This document shows, one piece after another, positions 19,821-29,394 of a stretch of 64,000 nucleotides of DNA. The stretch's first letter is position 1. Every line of letters begins with the position of its first letter. The translations under genes were made by a program, and so were the position numbers. The notes beneath the pieces were generated by a model, which was given only the letters and a program-made list of their open reading frames with translations, made no database searches and was not told the DNA's origin. Source of the stretch: a virus (taxonomy: Duplodnaviria; Caudoviricetes); the IMG/VR virus record IMGVR_UViG_3300042542_006078. One strand, 5' to 3'.

Positions 19821-20551
19821 CACTTAAATGTAGATCCTCCTTGGTAACTTGATGCTTTCATGACATCATTAATCGACATGGAAATGTAGTCAGAAGCAAT
19901 TTCAGCCAAGTCTTTATCTTTTCTTAAATCATATATGATCTCAACTTGCATCGATGAGACATTTGCATCGTAATCCCATTTCCGAAAATATTGGTTGAGG
20001 TTCTGCCTTGACCATCCGCTCATTTGACCGCCAGCTTTACCCTCGTATGCAGTTATTCCACATTGATTAAGGGAATTAAGAAAATAATTTTTTTGCCATA
20101 AGTCGCATGAAAGGCTGTTTGGACTACCTGCTCCATATCCAACAACTACATCAAGGCGAGGATCTTTAGATATTTTTCTGTGACGATTACTCATGCCGTG
20201 AATATAAAAAATATAGGCAATTTGGTGGCGTGTCAGAATCCTGTTCTTAAACCTAATGATCGGATCAAGGAATTCTTCTCTAACAACATCTTCCTTGCAA
20301 TGATAAACATTGTTGCAATCAGCTTTATCTTTCATGAAATCAACGGATTCTGCTCTTTCCCATCCACGATTGATTACAGCATAACAATCAATATTTTTAG
20401 CAATGTGTTCCACTATCAAATCCGTATTTTCATCGTCCTGCCCGTAGCCGTGTGGGGCCACTAAGATGACGGGATTGAGCCCTTCAATAATGCTCACTCT
20501 TTCCATACTGTTATTATAGATGAGATTTTTTAGATTACTGCAAATATTCAA
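19814..20551 (-). CDS. N-formylglutamate amidohydrolase-like (Zn-exopeptidase fold) protein
   Basis: LVAPHG, DCN, YIHG and SMQVEI pattern. Confidence 0.5.
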   Translation of the reverse strand: MNICSNLKNLIYNNSMERVSIIEGLNPVILVAPHGYGQDDENTDLIVEHIAKNIDCYAVINRGWERAESVDFMKDKADCNNVYHCKEDVVREEFLDPIIRFKNRILTRHQIAYIFYIHGMSNRHRKISKDPRLDVVVGYGAGSPNSLSCDLWQKNYFLNSLNQCGITAYEGKAGGQMSGWSRQNLNQYFRKWDYDANVSSMQVEIIYDLRKDKDLAEIASDYISMSINDVMKASSYQGGSTFKCY

Positions 20552-20825
20552 GAACTAATTTTTTTCTTCAAACGATAAATAGTTTCTGTGTTCTATTTGT
20601 TCCCTTTTAAGGAGATTGATGATTACTGATAAATTATTGTTGGACTTATCATCCAAAAACCCAGATGTCGTTAAAAATTATCTAGAGGCAATTCTTGCAG
20701 TTAAATACATACTGAATAAAAAAGGTATGCTCATGGAAATCAAAAAGATCAAATCAAAGAAGAAAACTAGTTTTTTAGCTTGAATATAAAAAATTTTATT
20801 GTTCAGAAAAATTAAAAATTTTTAC

Positions 20826-20854
20826 TTGCCAAAATAAAAACATTATTTTAGAAT
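20826..20854 (+). promoter_or_regulatory. Sigma70-type promoter for the RNA ligase gene
   Basis: TTGCCA-17 bp-TAGAAT, 21 nt upstream of ATG 20876. Confidence 0.65.
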
Positions 20855-20875
20855 TCATTATCAAGTCATTAAATC

Positions 20876-21886
20876 ATGACGGATTGTTCAAATATGCATG
20901 TTGCTACAATTGAGAAAGTGGTGTCTGTTAGGGAACATCCAAATGCAGACTTGCTACAAATAGCTACTATTTTAGGATGGGATGTGGTTTGTAAAAAACA
21001 AGATTGCCAAAAAGACGAACTTGTTGTTTTTATAAACATTGATAGTGTTGTTGATCCTCATCCATTTTTTCATTTCCTTAAAGCAAAAAGTTATCAAATA
21101 AAACCAATCAAAATCAGAGGACACATCAGTCAGGGACTTATTGTCCCCATAAAAGATTTACAACAATTTGGTTTCACCAAAATACAAGAATTGTCAATTG
21201 GCAGTGATGTTAGCAAAATAGTAGGAGCCAAACACTACGAGAAAATCGAACCATCAAGAACAACAGGAAAATCAAAAGGTCTATTCCCTAGTTTTCTTTT
21301 CAAAACAAATGAAAACAATCTCAGAAATTTTCCATTAGCCATCGAAGAGATAAAAGACAAGGAAGTTTACATAACACAAAAAATAGATGGAACAAGTGCT
21401 ACTTTTTATGTGAAATCTGGTAGGTTCGGAGTTTGTAGCAGGACTCTTGATCTTCAAGAAGATGAAAATCATTACTGGAATATGGTAAAAAAATATGATC
21501 TTGCATTCAAAATGTTGAATTTAGATGACGATATAGCTATTCAAGGAGAAATATATGGGCCAAGCATACAAAACAACTCTTCTGGTATAAAACAAATATC
21601 ATTCGCAGCATTTAATATATTTGATATAAAAAGATTAAATTATGGATCTTTGCAAGAATTGACTGATTTTTGCAGCACAAATGATATACCGCAAGCTAAA
21701 ATAATTTATCGTGGAAAAATGAATTTTGAATTAAAAGATTTAATTAGAATGGCAAGTGAGCAATTTTATGATAATAACAACCCTTGTGAGGGAATCGTAA
21801 TAAGGACTGTTGAGCCAATAAATTCAAAATGTATGGCTCTTAATAGATGGAGTGCCAAAGTTTTGAATGAAAACTACGATATATAG
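20876..21886 (+). CDS. RNA ligase (DRB0094/Rnl5-like family)
   Basis: N-terminal OB-like HPNADLLQIA; motif I TQKIDGTS; IQGEIYG; AFNIF; CEGIVIR; terminal K. Confidence 0.9.
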   Translation: MTDCSNMHVATIEKVVSVREHPNADLLQIATILGWDVVCKKQDCQKDELVVFINIDSVVDPHPFFHFLKAKSYQIKPIKIRGHISQGLIVPIKDLQQFGFTKIQELSIGSDVSKIVGAKHYEKIEPSRTTGKSKGLFPSFLFKTNENNLRNFPLAIEEIKDKEVYITQKIDGTSATFYVKSGRFGVCSRTLDLQEDENHYWNMVKKYDLAFKMLNLDDDIAIQGEIYGPSIQNNSSGIKQISFAAFNIFDIKRLNYGSLQELTDFCSTNDIPQAKIIYRGKMNFELKDLIRMASEQFYDNNNPCEGIVIRTVEPINSKCMALNRWSAKVLNENYDI

Positions 21887-21917
21887 TTGGAAAAGCTCAA
21901 ATTAGGGAAAGGTAAAC

Positions 21918-22337
21918 ATGAACGAAAGCAATCTTATGCCACCAATCGGTTTCAATGAGGCGACAAACTCTACTGGTGGCAAATCCATATCGGTACTTTT
22001 CAGCAAGTTGTTTGAAGCAAGGGATTTTGCTCATTACGCCCATTTACAAACAAAGTCTTATAGCCAACACAAAGCACTAGGTTCTTTCTATGAAGAGATA
22101 GTTGATTTAGCAGACACACTATTTGAAACTTATGCTGGTCAATATGGAATCATCAAATTTAACATGGCCTCCGCTCCAGTTAATCAAGATGTAATTTCTT
22201 ACTTTGAAAACTTGGCAAAGACAGTTGCAGATTCTCATAATATTATTGACAAGAAAGACACTCATCTTCATAACATTCTTGATGAAGCTACCGCTTTAGT
22301 CTATCACACTATCTATAAGCTGAAAAACCTTAAGTAG
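21918..22337 (+). CDS. Ferritin/Dps-like phage protein
   Basis: HYAHLQTKSYSQHKALGSFYEEIVDLADTLFE four-helix metal-ligand pattern. Confidence 0.7.
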   Translation: MNESNLMPPIGFNEATNSTGGKSISVLFSKLFEARDFAHYAHLQTKSYSQHKALGSFYEEIVDLADTLFETYAGQYGIIKFNMASAPVNQDVISYFENLAKTVADSHNIIDKKDTHLHNILDEATALVYHTIYKLKNLK

Positions 22338-23336
22338 TCAATCTGCTTCGTAATAGTAAATAGTCCTGAGCGGAGTTGGATGTAATTCTAACTCCGTTCC
22401 TTCTTTTATGAACAATAATATTGCGTTCAAACTCCTGTCAACTGAAGGAGATACTTCCGAATATTCAACAAATTGTCTTGTCTTCTGGCCCCACATCATC
22501 TGAACACTCGCTGCTCCAGAAGAATAAAACCAGTCTGTATCTGTTCCAGAACCATGAGCGTTTTCAATTCTTTCAGTCTTGTAACCATTTAATCCAGTCA
22601 TCTTGGCTATGATTCCAGAAATCTTGTCTCCATCTTCTTTCTTGCATATTTCAGGTGGATAAATTGATTCTCCCGGTGTGTGCATGTTCAATACAGCTTT
22701 GAATTTCATATTATTCATCATGCTCATCATGAGCTTGATTGGAGAAGGAGATGCATTGTTAGGCCTCTTTGGATAAGGAAAGCTTGTATGTGGATTGTAT
22801 CCTTCAATTTTATCTGGCTTAAGATATGTATCTGGACTTGCAACAGGAATAAAGTAAATGTCACGATTATCAACTATCCATGTAATGTCATCATTCTTTC
22901 CGTAACTACTTAAAATCTTTTCAATTAAATTCATGGTTGCTAGTATTGAAAACTCCTCGTCTCCATACAATCCAGATTGAATCAAAACTTTTGGTTTTTC
23001 TTTGTTTCCAATTCTAAAGTAATTACATTCAGTGCCTTGAGATGTTTTTCCATATGCTGTCACTTCAGTTACTGAAGGAGCTTCCAAATTCCACTTCTTA
23101 AGTTGTTCTATAATGTCGCCATATCCCTTATAAAATTGCATCACTGGACTTATTGTAAATGAGTGATCTGCTACTTTAGAAGGACTTGAATGAGATTGGG
23201 GCAAAGAATCGTTATTTTTAATGATTACTTGTTTATTTTTTGATGTAATATTTTTCTTGTATATGAGAATTCCTTCTGACACCAAGAGAAGTGGAACAAG
23301 AAGAATTAAAATAGTTCTTGAATTCACCATAATCAT
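22338..23336 (-). CDS. Membrane-anchored M14 carboxypeptidase-like protein, probably catalytically altered
   Basis: M14 layout (YGKTSQG, FIPVASPD, LNMHT); HxxE appears as YGDE and the catalytic Glu position as M; N-terminal TM helix. Confidence 0.75.
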   Translation of the reverse strand: MIMVNSRTILILLVPLLLVSEGILIYKKNITSKNKQVIIKNNDSLPQSHSSPSKVADHSFTISPVMQFYKGYGDIIEQLKKWNLEAPSVTEVTAYGKTSQGTECNYFRIGNKEKPKVLIQSGLYGDEEFSILATMNLIEKILSSYGKNDDITWIVDNRDIYFIPVASPDTYLKPDKIEGYNPHTSFPYPKRPNNASPSPIKLMMSMMNNMKFKAVLNMHTPGESIYPPEICKKEDGDKISGIIAKMTGLNGYKTERIENAHGSGTDTDWFYSSGAASVQMMWGQKTRQFVEYSEVSPSVDRSLNAILLFIKEGTELELHPTPLRTIYYYEAD

Positions 23337-23395
23337 TTCTCCATATTGTTATATATGCGTAACAATTCGTGATTAAAATTTCGTTGATCAACTGG

Positions 23396-23401
23396 TAAAT
23401 A
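23396..23401 (+). promoter_or_regulatory. TAAATA late-promoter-like element 4 nt before ATG (also 25017-22 +; 30965-70, 55202-07, 60643-48 and 62413-18 on -)
   Basis: Same hexamer 4-5 nt upstream of start codons that lack an SD sequence; resembles the T4 late promoter TATAAATA. Confidence 0.6.
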
Positions 23402-23405
23402 AATT

Positions 23406-24176
23406 ATGAAGAATTTCAAAGCATGGTTATTTGAATCGGAAAGTTATATCGATGATAAAACAGTGTCTTACTCAGATTGTTTTGGCATTATAAGAGATGC
23501 CATAAAACTAAGAGATTCAGGAATTAGTGCATCAAGTTTAATTGATGCTAGAATTGGCATGGACACTAAACCATTTTTTTATTTGGAAGATATCAATAAA
23601 GTTTTTCTTGGAAATTTTGGCTCATATCATAGATCAATAATCGATAATCTTAGAATTAGAAATTCTGAAGATGAAAATTTGCGAAATGAACTAGCAAGGC
23701 TTTATTACGGTCTTTCTGGCGCAAATTCCCCCATGGGAGTAGTTGGTAGAATTGCATATGGAATAAACTACAACAATATTAATATTTATATTCCTCGTGA
23801 TTTGAGAGTTGATTTGGAAAGAAAAAATATGCAAGAACTCAAAGATAAAATGAGGGGCATGGATATCATTGCTTTTTACAAATCAAAGAGTGGTTCTAAA
23901 ACTGACGAGAATGTTAAAAAGTGTCTTAAAAAGCTTGAACAAGATGGCCATGTCAGAAATAAAGACAAAACAATTGTAATTAATGAGAATAAAGTCACCA
24001 TTTTTGATTCCCTTGAAGATGATTATAAATCTCCTGAAAATGAAAAAGAAGAAATTAAGCTTACAATGCAACAATCAAAAGAAAAAAGTCGTAGATTTAT
24101 TCCTAAGCCTCAAACAATGAGACAGGCAGCATACCAAGCTGGTATTCCAATGGGTGATTGGAACACAAATCTTTAG
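23406..24176 (+). CDS. Phage protein, paralog family A (FxxW N-terminus, shared C-terminal tail)
   Basis: MKNFKAWLFESE; YH...GRIAYG core; ends MRQAAYQAGIPMGDW. Confidence 0.8.
   Translation: MKNFKAWLFESESYIDDKTVSYSDCFGIIRDAIKLRDSGISASSLIDARIGMDTKPFFYLEDINKVFLGNFGSYHRSIIDNLRIRNSEDENLRNELARLYYGLSGANSPMGVVGRIAYGINYNNINIYIPRDLRVDLERKNMQELKDKMRGMDIIAFYKSKSGSKTDENVKKCLKKLEQDGHVRNKDKTIVINENKVTIFDSLEDDYKSPENEKEEIKLTMQQSKEKSRRFIPKPQTMRQAAYQAGIPMGDWNTNL
24069..24161 (+). repeat. Shorter copy of the C-terminal cassette repeat
   Basis: caacaatcaaaagaaaaaagtcgtagattt...ggtgattgg. Confidence 0.85.
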
Positions 24177-24190
24177 TGAATAATAAAAAT

Positions 24191-25012
24191 ATGAGTAATT
24201 TATCTTTTAAGAAATGGTTTAATTTGCGAGAATCTGATGATTATTCTCCTGATATGAAAAATGCTTTAGAAATATTCATGAAACCAGAAGAAATTTTTGA
24301 AATTTCGCCTGCTTCAATTGCAGATGGTAATCTCACAAACACTCACAAGCCATTCATTTATCTAGAATCTACAGATACAGTTTATTTGGGCATAGATGAA
24401 GGCTATCATAATAATTTAATTTTTCAAAAAATTAAGCAAGATCCAAATATAGGACTGGAACTTCGGAAAGCTTATGATGGAATTCACCAATCAGATTCCG
24501 ATGTTGCTGCTGCTGTTGGCAGAATAGGCTATAAGGTTAATTTTGCCAAATTACAATATAGACTTCCAGCAAATAATATCAAAAAGTTTTTATATGGAGA
24601 TGACGAGACAAATTGGCCTGAAATTATAAAAAAGCTAGCCGTTATTCCCTATCCAATTAAACAAATTTTCGATCAAATTGATTTAATATCAATTTATCAA
24701 ACACCGATACCAATCGCAGCATCATCCTGCAAAAAATTACAAGAAAACGGAGAAATTCGTGACCCATTAAAAACCGTTGTATTTCTTAACAATAAAGTGC
24801 ATATGTTTAATGAATTAATTACTCATGCATCTTCTCCATCCAGCGAAGAAGAACAATTAGATAAAAAAGAAGAACCTAAAATTACAACTCAGCAATCAAA
24901 AGAAAGAAGTCGTAGATTTATTCCTAAGCCTGAAACAATGAGACAGGCAGCATACCAAGCTGGTATTCCAATGGGTGATTGGACAAATTATATTGGCAAA
25001 ATTTTTCGGTAG
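24191..25012 (+). CDS. Phage protein, paralog family A
   Basis: Likely start MSNLSFKKWFNLRE; FIYL...YH...VGRIGY; shared tail. Confidence 0.8.
   Translation: MSNLSFKKWFNLRESDDYSPDMKNALEIFMKPEEIFEISPASIADGNLTNTHKPFIYLESTDTVYLGIDEGYHNNLIFQKIKQDPNIGLELRKAYDGIHQSDSDVAAAVGRIGYKVNFAKLQYRLPANNIKKFLYGDDETNWPEIIKKLAVIPYPIKQIFDQIDLISIYQTPIPIAASSCKKLQENGEIRDPLKTVVFLNNKVHMFNELITHASSPSSEEEQLDKKEEPKITTQQSKERSRRFIPKPETMRQAAYQAGIPMGDWTNYIGKIFR
24818..24987 (+). repeat. 170-bp near-identical C-terminal cassette, copy 1
   Basis: Matches 25675..25844 with few substitutions. Confidence 0.92.
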
Positions 25013-25026
25013 ATTCTAAATAATAT

Positions 25027-25884
25027 ATGTTAAATTTCAAAAAATGGATTGAATTTTTTGAGGCATCTTTGACTAATGAGTTATCAATTGAAGATGCTGT
25101 AAATGCATTTGTTGAACCAAGACCAGAATATGAATTGACAGCATCTACACTTATCGATGCAAACTTGTGTCCAAGCAATAAGTCATTTATTTATCTCAGT
25201 TCAAAAGACAAAATCTATGTTGGACAAAATGGCGAATATCATAGAGAAATAATCGCAAGAGAAAAAACAATAGATCCCATCTTGGCATCGGAGCTTCAAA
25301 GATCTTACGAGACATCATATGGAGGAGAATCTTATACTGCGCCAGAAAACGCTGTTGGTAGGATTGGCTATGGAGTCAATTATGATAGACTTAAAAAAAT
25401 ATTACCACTTGCAAATATCAAAGGTTTTTTGAGCAATGAAAAAGAAATTAGTGATGGAGAAGCAGCAATGCATATTTTTATGCCAACATCATTTCCTATC
25501 AAAAAATTGTTCAGCGAAATTGATGTCATAGCAATTTATTCTGGAGTCAAAACCCCAATTTCTGTTGCTGCAAGAGCAGTGCAATTATTGATGGAGAATT
25601 CATCATATTCGCCAAGAAATATAGACAACACAATAGTCATGTATGACAATAAGGCCCATTTTGGCAAAGAATTCATTACTCACGCATCTTCTCCATCCAG
25701 CGAAGAAGAACAATTAGATAAAAAAGAAGAACCTAAAATTACAACTCAGCAATCAAAAGAAAGAAGTCGTAGATTTATTCCCAAGCCTCAAACAATAAGA
25801 CAGGCAGCTTATCAAGCTGGTATTCCAATGGGTGATTGGACAAACTACCCCTACATTTTTAGAGGAAATAATTATAATGGATAA
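25027..25884 (+). CDS. Phage protein, paralog family A
   Basis: MLNFKKWIEFFE; FIYL...YH...VGRIGY; shared tail. Confidence 0.8.
   Translation: MLNFKKWIEFFEASLTNELSIEDAVNAFVEPRPEYELTASTLIDANLCPSNKSFIYLSSKDKIYVGQNGEYHREIIAREKTIDPILASELQRSYETSYGGESYTAPENAVGRIGYGVNYDRLKKILPLANIKGFLSNEKEISDGEAAMHIFMPTSFPIKKLFSEIDVIAIYSGVKTPISVAARAVQLLMENSSYSPRNIDNTIVMYDNKAHFGKEFITHASSPSSEEEQLDKKEEPKITTQQSKERSRRFIPKPQTIRQAAYQAGIPMGDWTNYPYIFRGNNYNG
25675..25844 (+). repeat. 170-bp near-identical C-terminal cassette, copy 2
   Basis: Matches 24818..24987. Confidence 0.92.
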
Positions 25885-27538
25885 GGTTAATTTTTCAGAA
25901 TGGCTTGAACTTCGTGAAGAAAAAGATGCCTGTTACCATAAGGTAAAAAGACGATACAAAGTATGGCCATCAGCCTACGCCTGTGTTCCTACAAAAACTT
26001 CAAAAGCACTTACAAAAGAAGGCTGGAAGCATTACGAAGAATTAAGTGTAGGAGATGAAATACTTACATACAGTATGGCAAAGGATTCCTTAGAATTTCA
26101 ACCAATTAAAAATTTGTATTCTTATCAAGACGCTGAAACATATGTAGTTCAAAATGGCAATAAAGGTTTGAAGTTTGAGTGTACTCCAAATCATAAGTGG
26201 GTTGTTAAATATAATTCATGCAAAGAGAATATAGGAACAAAAAAATACACAGATTTAGTTAATGATATGAGGCTTGTCACAACTGAAGAGTTATTGGCAG
26301 ACTCTGAAAGCAATGGAAAATTAGTAATAAGTTCAAATTATAGTGACGATAATATTGTAGAATTAGAAAATTTCAATCTTATTGAGGAAAGAAAAGCTGA
26401 TGTGTGGTGTCCTGAAACAGATAATGGCACTTGGTTAATGATGCAAGAAAATGATGGACATGAAATTATAACAATTACTGGAAACTCAGGCGCACTTGTC
26501 CGTTGTCGAAAAGTTGGAGCAAAGAATTGGGGAATATCTGAAAATGTTGATAAAATTGCAATCAGATATTTTCATGAAGATGGTCGTGGATTAATGAATA
26601 ATTCATCTTTGAATTATGACAAATTAGATGATGAAGAATATTCCGATGTAGAAGATGAGTATCTAGGATTAAGTCAACCACCATCAGACTTACACAATAA
26701 AAAAATAGTTTTTGCATTTACGCCTGAAGGCGAACAAAAACACAATAGACTAATCGAACTCTTATCTAAAGCATCAAAAAAAGGTGTTCGTCGTGAAGTC
26801 TTAGATTTATCAGATTATCAAATAGAGTGGCAAAGTGGAGATGGTCAACTGGGATTAAAAAAATTAAGAAATCAAAGAGATGAATTTCATGAAGGAACTT
26901 TTGATTTAGAAAAAGAGAGAGGTCTTCGTGGTTGGTTTGATCGCAACAAAGGAAAAGGATGGATTGATTGCAAAGCCAGTAAAAAAGGACATCTGGTGCC
27001 ATGCGGCAGAAAAAAAGCAGGAAAAGGCACTGAACGAAAATATCCTGCTTGCAGACCAACATTAAGTGCCTGCAACAAATCGAAACATAAAAAGAAAACT
27101 AGTAAGGCAATAAGTTGGAAAACCAAAAGTGAAACTTATTATCACACCACAAACTGCATTTTGGAGGGCATGATGAACAATTATTATGAATGGATGAATT
27201 CCATAACACACTTTTTTGAAAATCAAGAAAATTATGGGTCTTCATGGGGAGAGATCGAAAATTTTCTAAAAAGAAGCACATGCAATGAAAAAAGAGTTCA
27301 CGGTTTTTGTAGCCACCCAAGATGTGATAAGGCTCAAAATTTGATGGACACCGCAAGTGATGGTTCAGCTATGTCGCCAAATGACATGGAGAGAATTCAA
27401 AAATTTATTCATGAAAAATCTTGTTTTTCGATGAGAAAAGAAGGAATGTGTTTTCATCCTGCTTGTCGCACAAATCAAAGACACGCTGAATGGATTCAGG
27501 ATCAAATCAATCAAAATTACGGAAGCGAAGCGATCTAG
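25877..27538 (+). CDS. Multi-module Cys-rich phage protein containing a mini-intein
   Basis: Likely start MDKVNFSEWLELREE; extein DACYHKVKRRYKVWPSAYA / SGALVRCRKVG; later GLRGWF...PCGR...YPACRP module and two CxHPxC repeats. Confidence 0.8.
   Translation: MDKVNFSEWLELREEKDACYHKVKRRYKVWPSAYACVPTKTSKALTKEGWKHYEELSVGDEILTYSMAKDSLEFQPIKNLYSYQDAETYVVQNGNKGLKFECTPNHKWVVKYNSCKENIGTKKYTDLVNDMRLVTTEELLADSESNGKLVISSNYSDDNIVELENFNLIEERKADVWCPETDNGTWLMMQENDGHEIITITGNSGALVRCRKVGAKNWGISENVDKIAIRYFHEDGRGLMNNSSLNYDKLDDEEYSDVEDEYLGLSQPPSDLHNKKIVFAFTPEGEQKHNRLIELLSKASKKGVRREVLDLSDYQIEWQSGDGQLGLKKLRNQRDEFHEGTFDLEKERGLRGWFDRNKGKGWIDCKASKKGHLVPCGRKKAGKGTERKYPACRPTLSACNKSKHKKKTSKAISWKTKSETYYHTTNCILEGMMNNYYEWMNSITHFFENQENYGSSWGEIENFLKRSTCNEKRVHGFCSHPRCDKAQNLMDTASDGSAMSPNDMERIQKFIHEKSCFSMRKEGMCFHPACRTNQRHAEWIQDQINQNYGSEAI
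25982..26485 (+). mobile_element. Mini-intein (168 aa, no homing endonuclease)
   Basis: Block A CVPTKTSKALTKEGWK..EELSVGDEILT; block B TPNHKW; block F VWCPETDNGTW; ends ITGN followed by +1 Ser. Confidence 0.88.
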
Positions 27539-27540
27539 TC

Positions 27541-27756
27541 TTATTTTTTTGGATGATCTATTTCAATCATGCATTCTTTTCCTCCTTCCACAAAAGGCCA
27601 AGGATCGTGAATGCAGCTTGTTATTTCAACCGACTTGTCTGCAATCCAATCATTCATCTTTGGATCAAAATCTGGCATCTTAGGATGCCAGACTAATCTT
27701 CCTTTAAGGCCTTTGGTTATGTAACCGGGATAAAGGAAAATGGTTGTTGGCTTCAT
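27541..27756 (-). CDS. Small hypothetical protein
   Basis: 71-aa ORF converging on the upstream gene. Confidence 0.5.
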   Translation of the reverse strand: MKPTTIFLYPGYITKGLKGRLVWHPKMPDFDPKMNDWIADKSVEITSCIHDPWPFVEGGKECMIEIDHPKK

Positions 27757-28059
27757 CTTGTTTCCCCAAGGCTCTTCTTGTTTCGATTCAATTTAATGTT
27801 TTTATTACCGATAGTCAAGTATTTGATCGAGAATGGTCGATCAAAATAATAAATAGAATTGGCAGCAAAACAATTTTAAGCAAGGAGGCTTATGTTTATT
27901 GTCTTATCTTTGATATCCATGTTTTTTGTTTTCATAGGTTTCTCTTTGATTATCGTGTCACTTTTCATGATATTCAGTCAAGAATATACCGAAGACTGCA
28001 ATAAATTAAATTCTACGCACATCCGCATGATTATAAGGATTTTGAGAAAAAAGTAGAGA

Positions 28060-28317
28060 TTAAAAACTTTGCAAGAATATGGGGGTGTTAGGCCCCATCC
28101 AAGAACCACTAACATTAAATTCAAAAAATTCCTCTGCCTCTTCAAGATTCATTTCACGGCAGAGGATTTCTATACATTTATCTCTGTCGTAGATGGCAAG
28201 TGTTGGTTGGCTTATTCTTCTTCCGATTCCAATTAAAGCTTCATCATATCCATCTGCCAGTAAGGCATCTGGATTTTCATCAATAAGTTGTTCTTTGATT
28301 GCTTCGCATGAACGCAT
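28060..28317 (-). CDS. Small phage-type hypothetical protein
   Basis: ADGYDEALIG...YDRDKCIEIL...AEEFFEFNV; GAGGGA RBS. Confidence 0.7.
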   Translation of the reverse strand: MRSCEAIKEQLIDENPDALLADGYDEALIGIGRRISQPTLAIYDRDKCIEILCREMNLEEAEEFFEFNVSGSWMGPNTPIFLQSF

Positions 28318-28451
28318 CGCATTCCCTCGTGTTGCTCATAATCTCTTTTGGCAATCATAAAGCAAAAAAGGTGAAAATCAATTACAAAAAATAACCGCCA
28401 GAGCAAAATACTCTGGCGGTTCAAGTTTTAATTTCTTTTTAGAAAATAAAA

Positions 28452-29174
28452 TTAGTTGGTTTCATCGGGTACAGTTATGGTATTGATTCTCTTTACCTTG
28501 AAGCCGGGAATAGAGTCATCAATTGTTTCAACAGTCACTTGTCTAGTCCGCACAGGAGGCTTGCTAGATTCAGTTTGTGAATTGCTTTTTGGGCGATTCA
28601 CGATTGCCTTCACCTCAACAACCCCACTCTTGTTGTTGCTCTTGGGGGGCACACGACGACGAACGCTTTCGTAATCATCATCTGCACCTTCATTTGGAGA
28701 AGAAGGTGAGTTTGGAAGTCTGTTCTTGGCGTAAAAAATACGCCACAGGTTAGCCGAATCAGACTTGTGGGCAGGGTTGGAATTAGGATAAGGTCCGAAA
28801 TCAACACGCCTATTAAGTTGCACTACAGCGATATAAGTCAAAGCTTCACGGGCTGCTTGAGAGACGAGAGGATCGGTGTCCTCCAGAAGCATGAAAAGTG
28901 TTTCATCAGGCTTATAAGCCATTCCTGCTGCAAAGGCAGCGGCAACCCTGTGAGTAGTATCTCCAGAAGTAATGGCTGGCATCAGCATGTCCGTATTGCT
29001 ACGGAGATTACGGGCCAATCCAGTTGCGTGAAGCCTCATCTGAGTAATGCTTTCAGGCGTATTAAAATAGCTCGTTCTCGATGGAGAACAATTTCCACTT
29101 TGGCATCCCACCGCTTGACACATTGCATCAAGACCGTTTTGTCCACCCACGAAAAGCAATGTCATTAACAACAT
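28452..29174 (-). CDS. Exported protein with a HEAT-like repeat and low-complexity C-terminus
   Basis: Short hydrophobic N-terminus; LLEDTDPLVSQAAREAL; AAGGAG RBS. Confidence 0.6.
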   Translation of the reverse strand: MLLMTLLFVGGQNGLDAMCQAVGCQSGNCSPSRTSYFNTPESITQMRLHATGLARNLRSNTDMLMPAITSGDTTHRVAAAFAAGMAYKPDETLFMLLEDTDPLVSQAAREALTYIAVVQLNRRVDFGPYPNSNPAHKSDSANLWRIFYAKNRLPNSPSSPNEGADDDYESVRRRVPPKSNNKSGVVEVKAIVNRPKSNSQTESSKPPVRTRQVTVETIDDSIPGFKVKRINTITVPDETN

Positions 29175-29394
29175 TTGTTGAACTCCTTGTTTTATGCCGC
29201 CAATTTTTGACGGAATACTAAAAAACTGTGGCGAATAAATATCGCCACAGTTAAACTAATCTGTTTACTTGTTTTTGTAAAGTGTTGAACTACAAGGGCC
29301 TTTCTTGAAAACTAAACCAAACTTTCTATTTGTTGATATCTTGTGATAGAAAATTAAACATATTTTGTTTTTATTGTCAAGAAAATTATTTAAT

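Noticed and set aside
24818-25844. 170-bp repeat pair as DGR template and variable repeats
   Set aside because: Both copies are coding, differences are not restricted to adenines, and no reverse transcriptase is in the window
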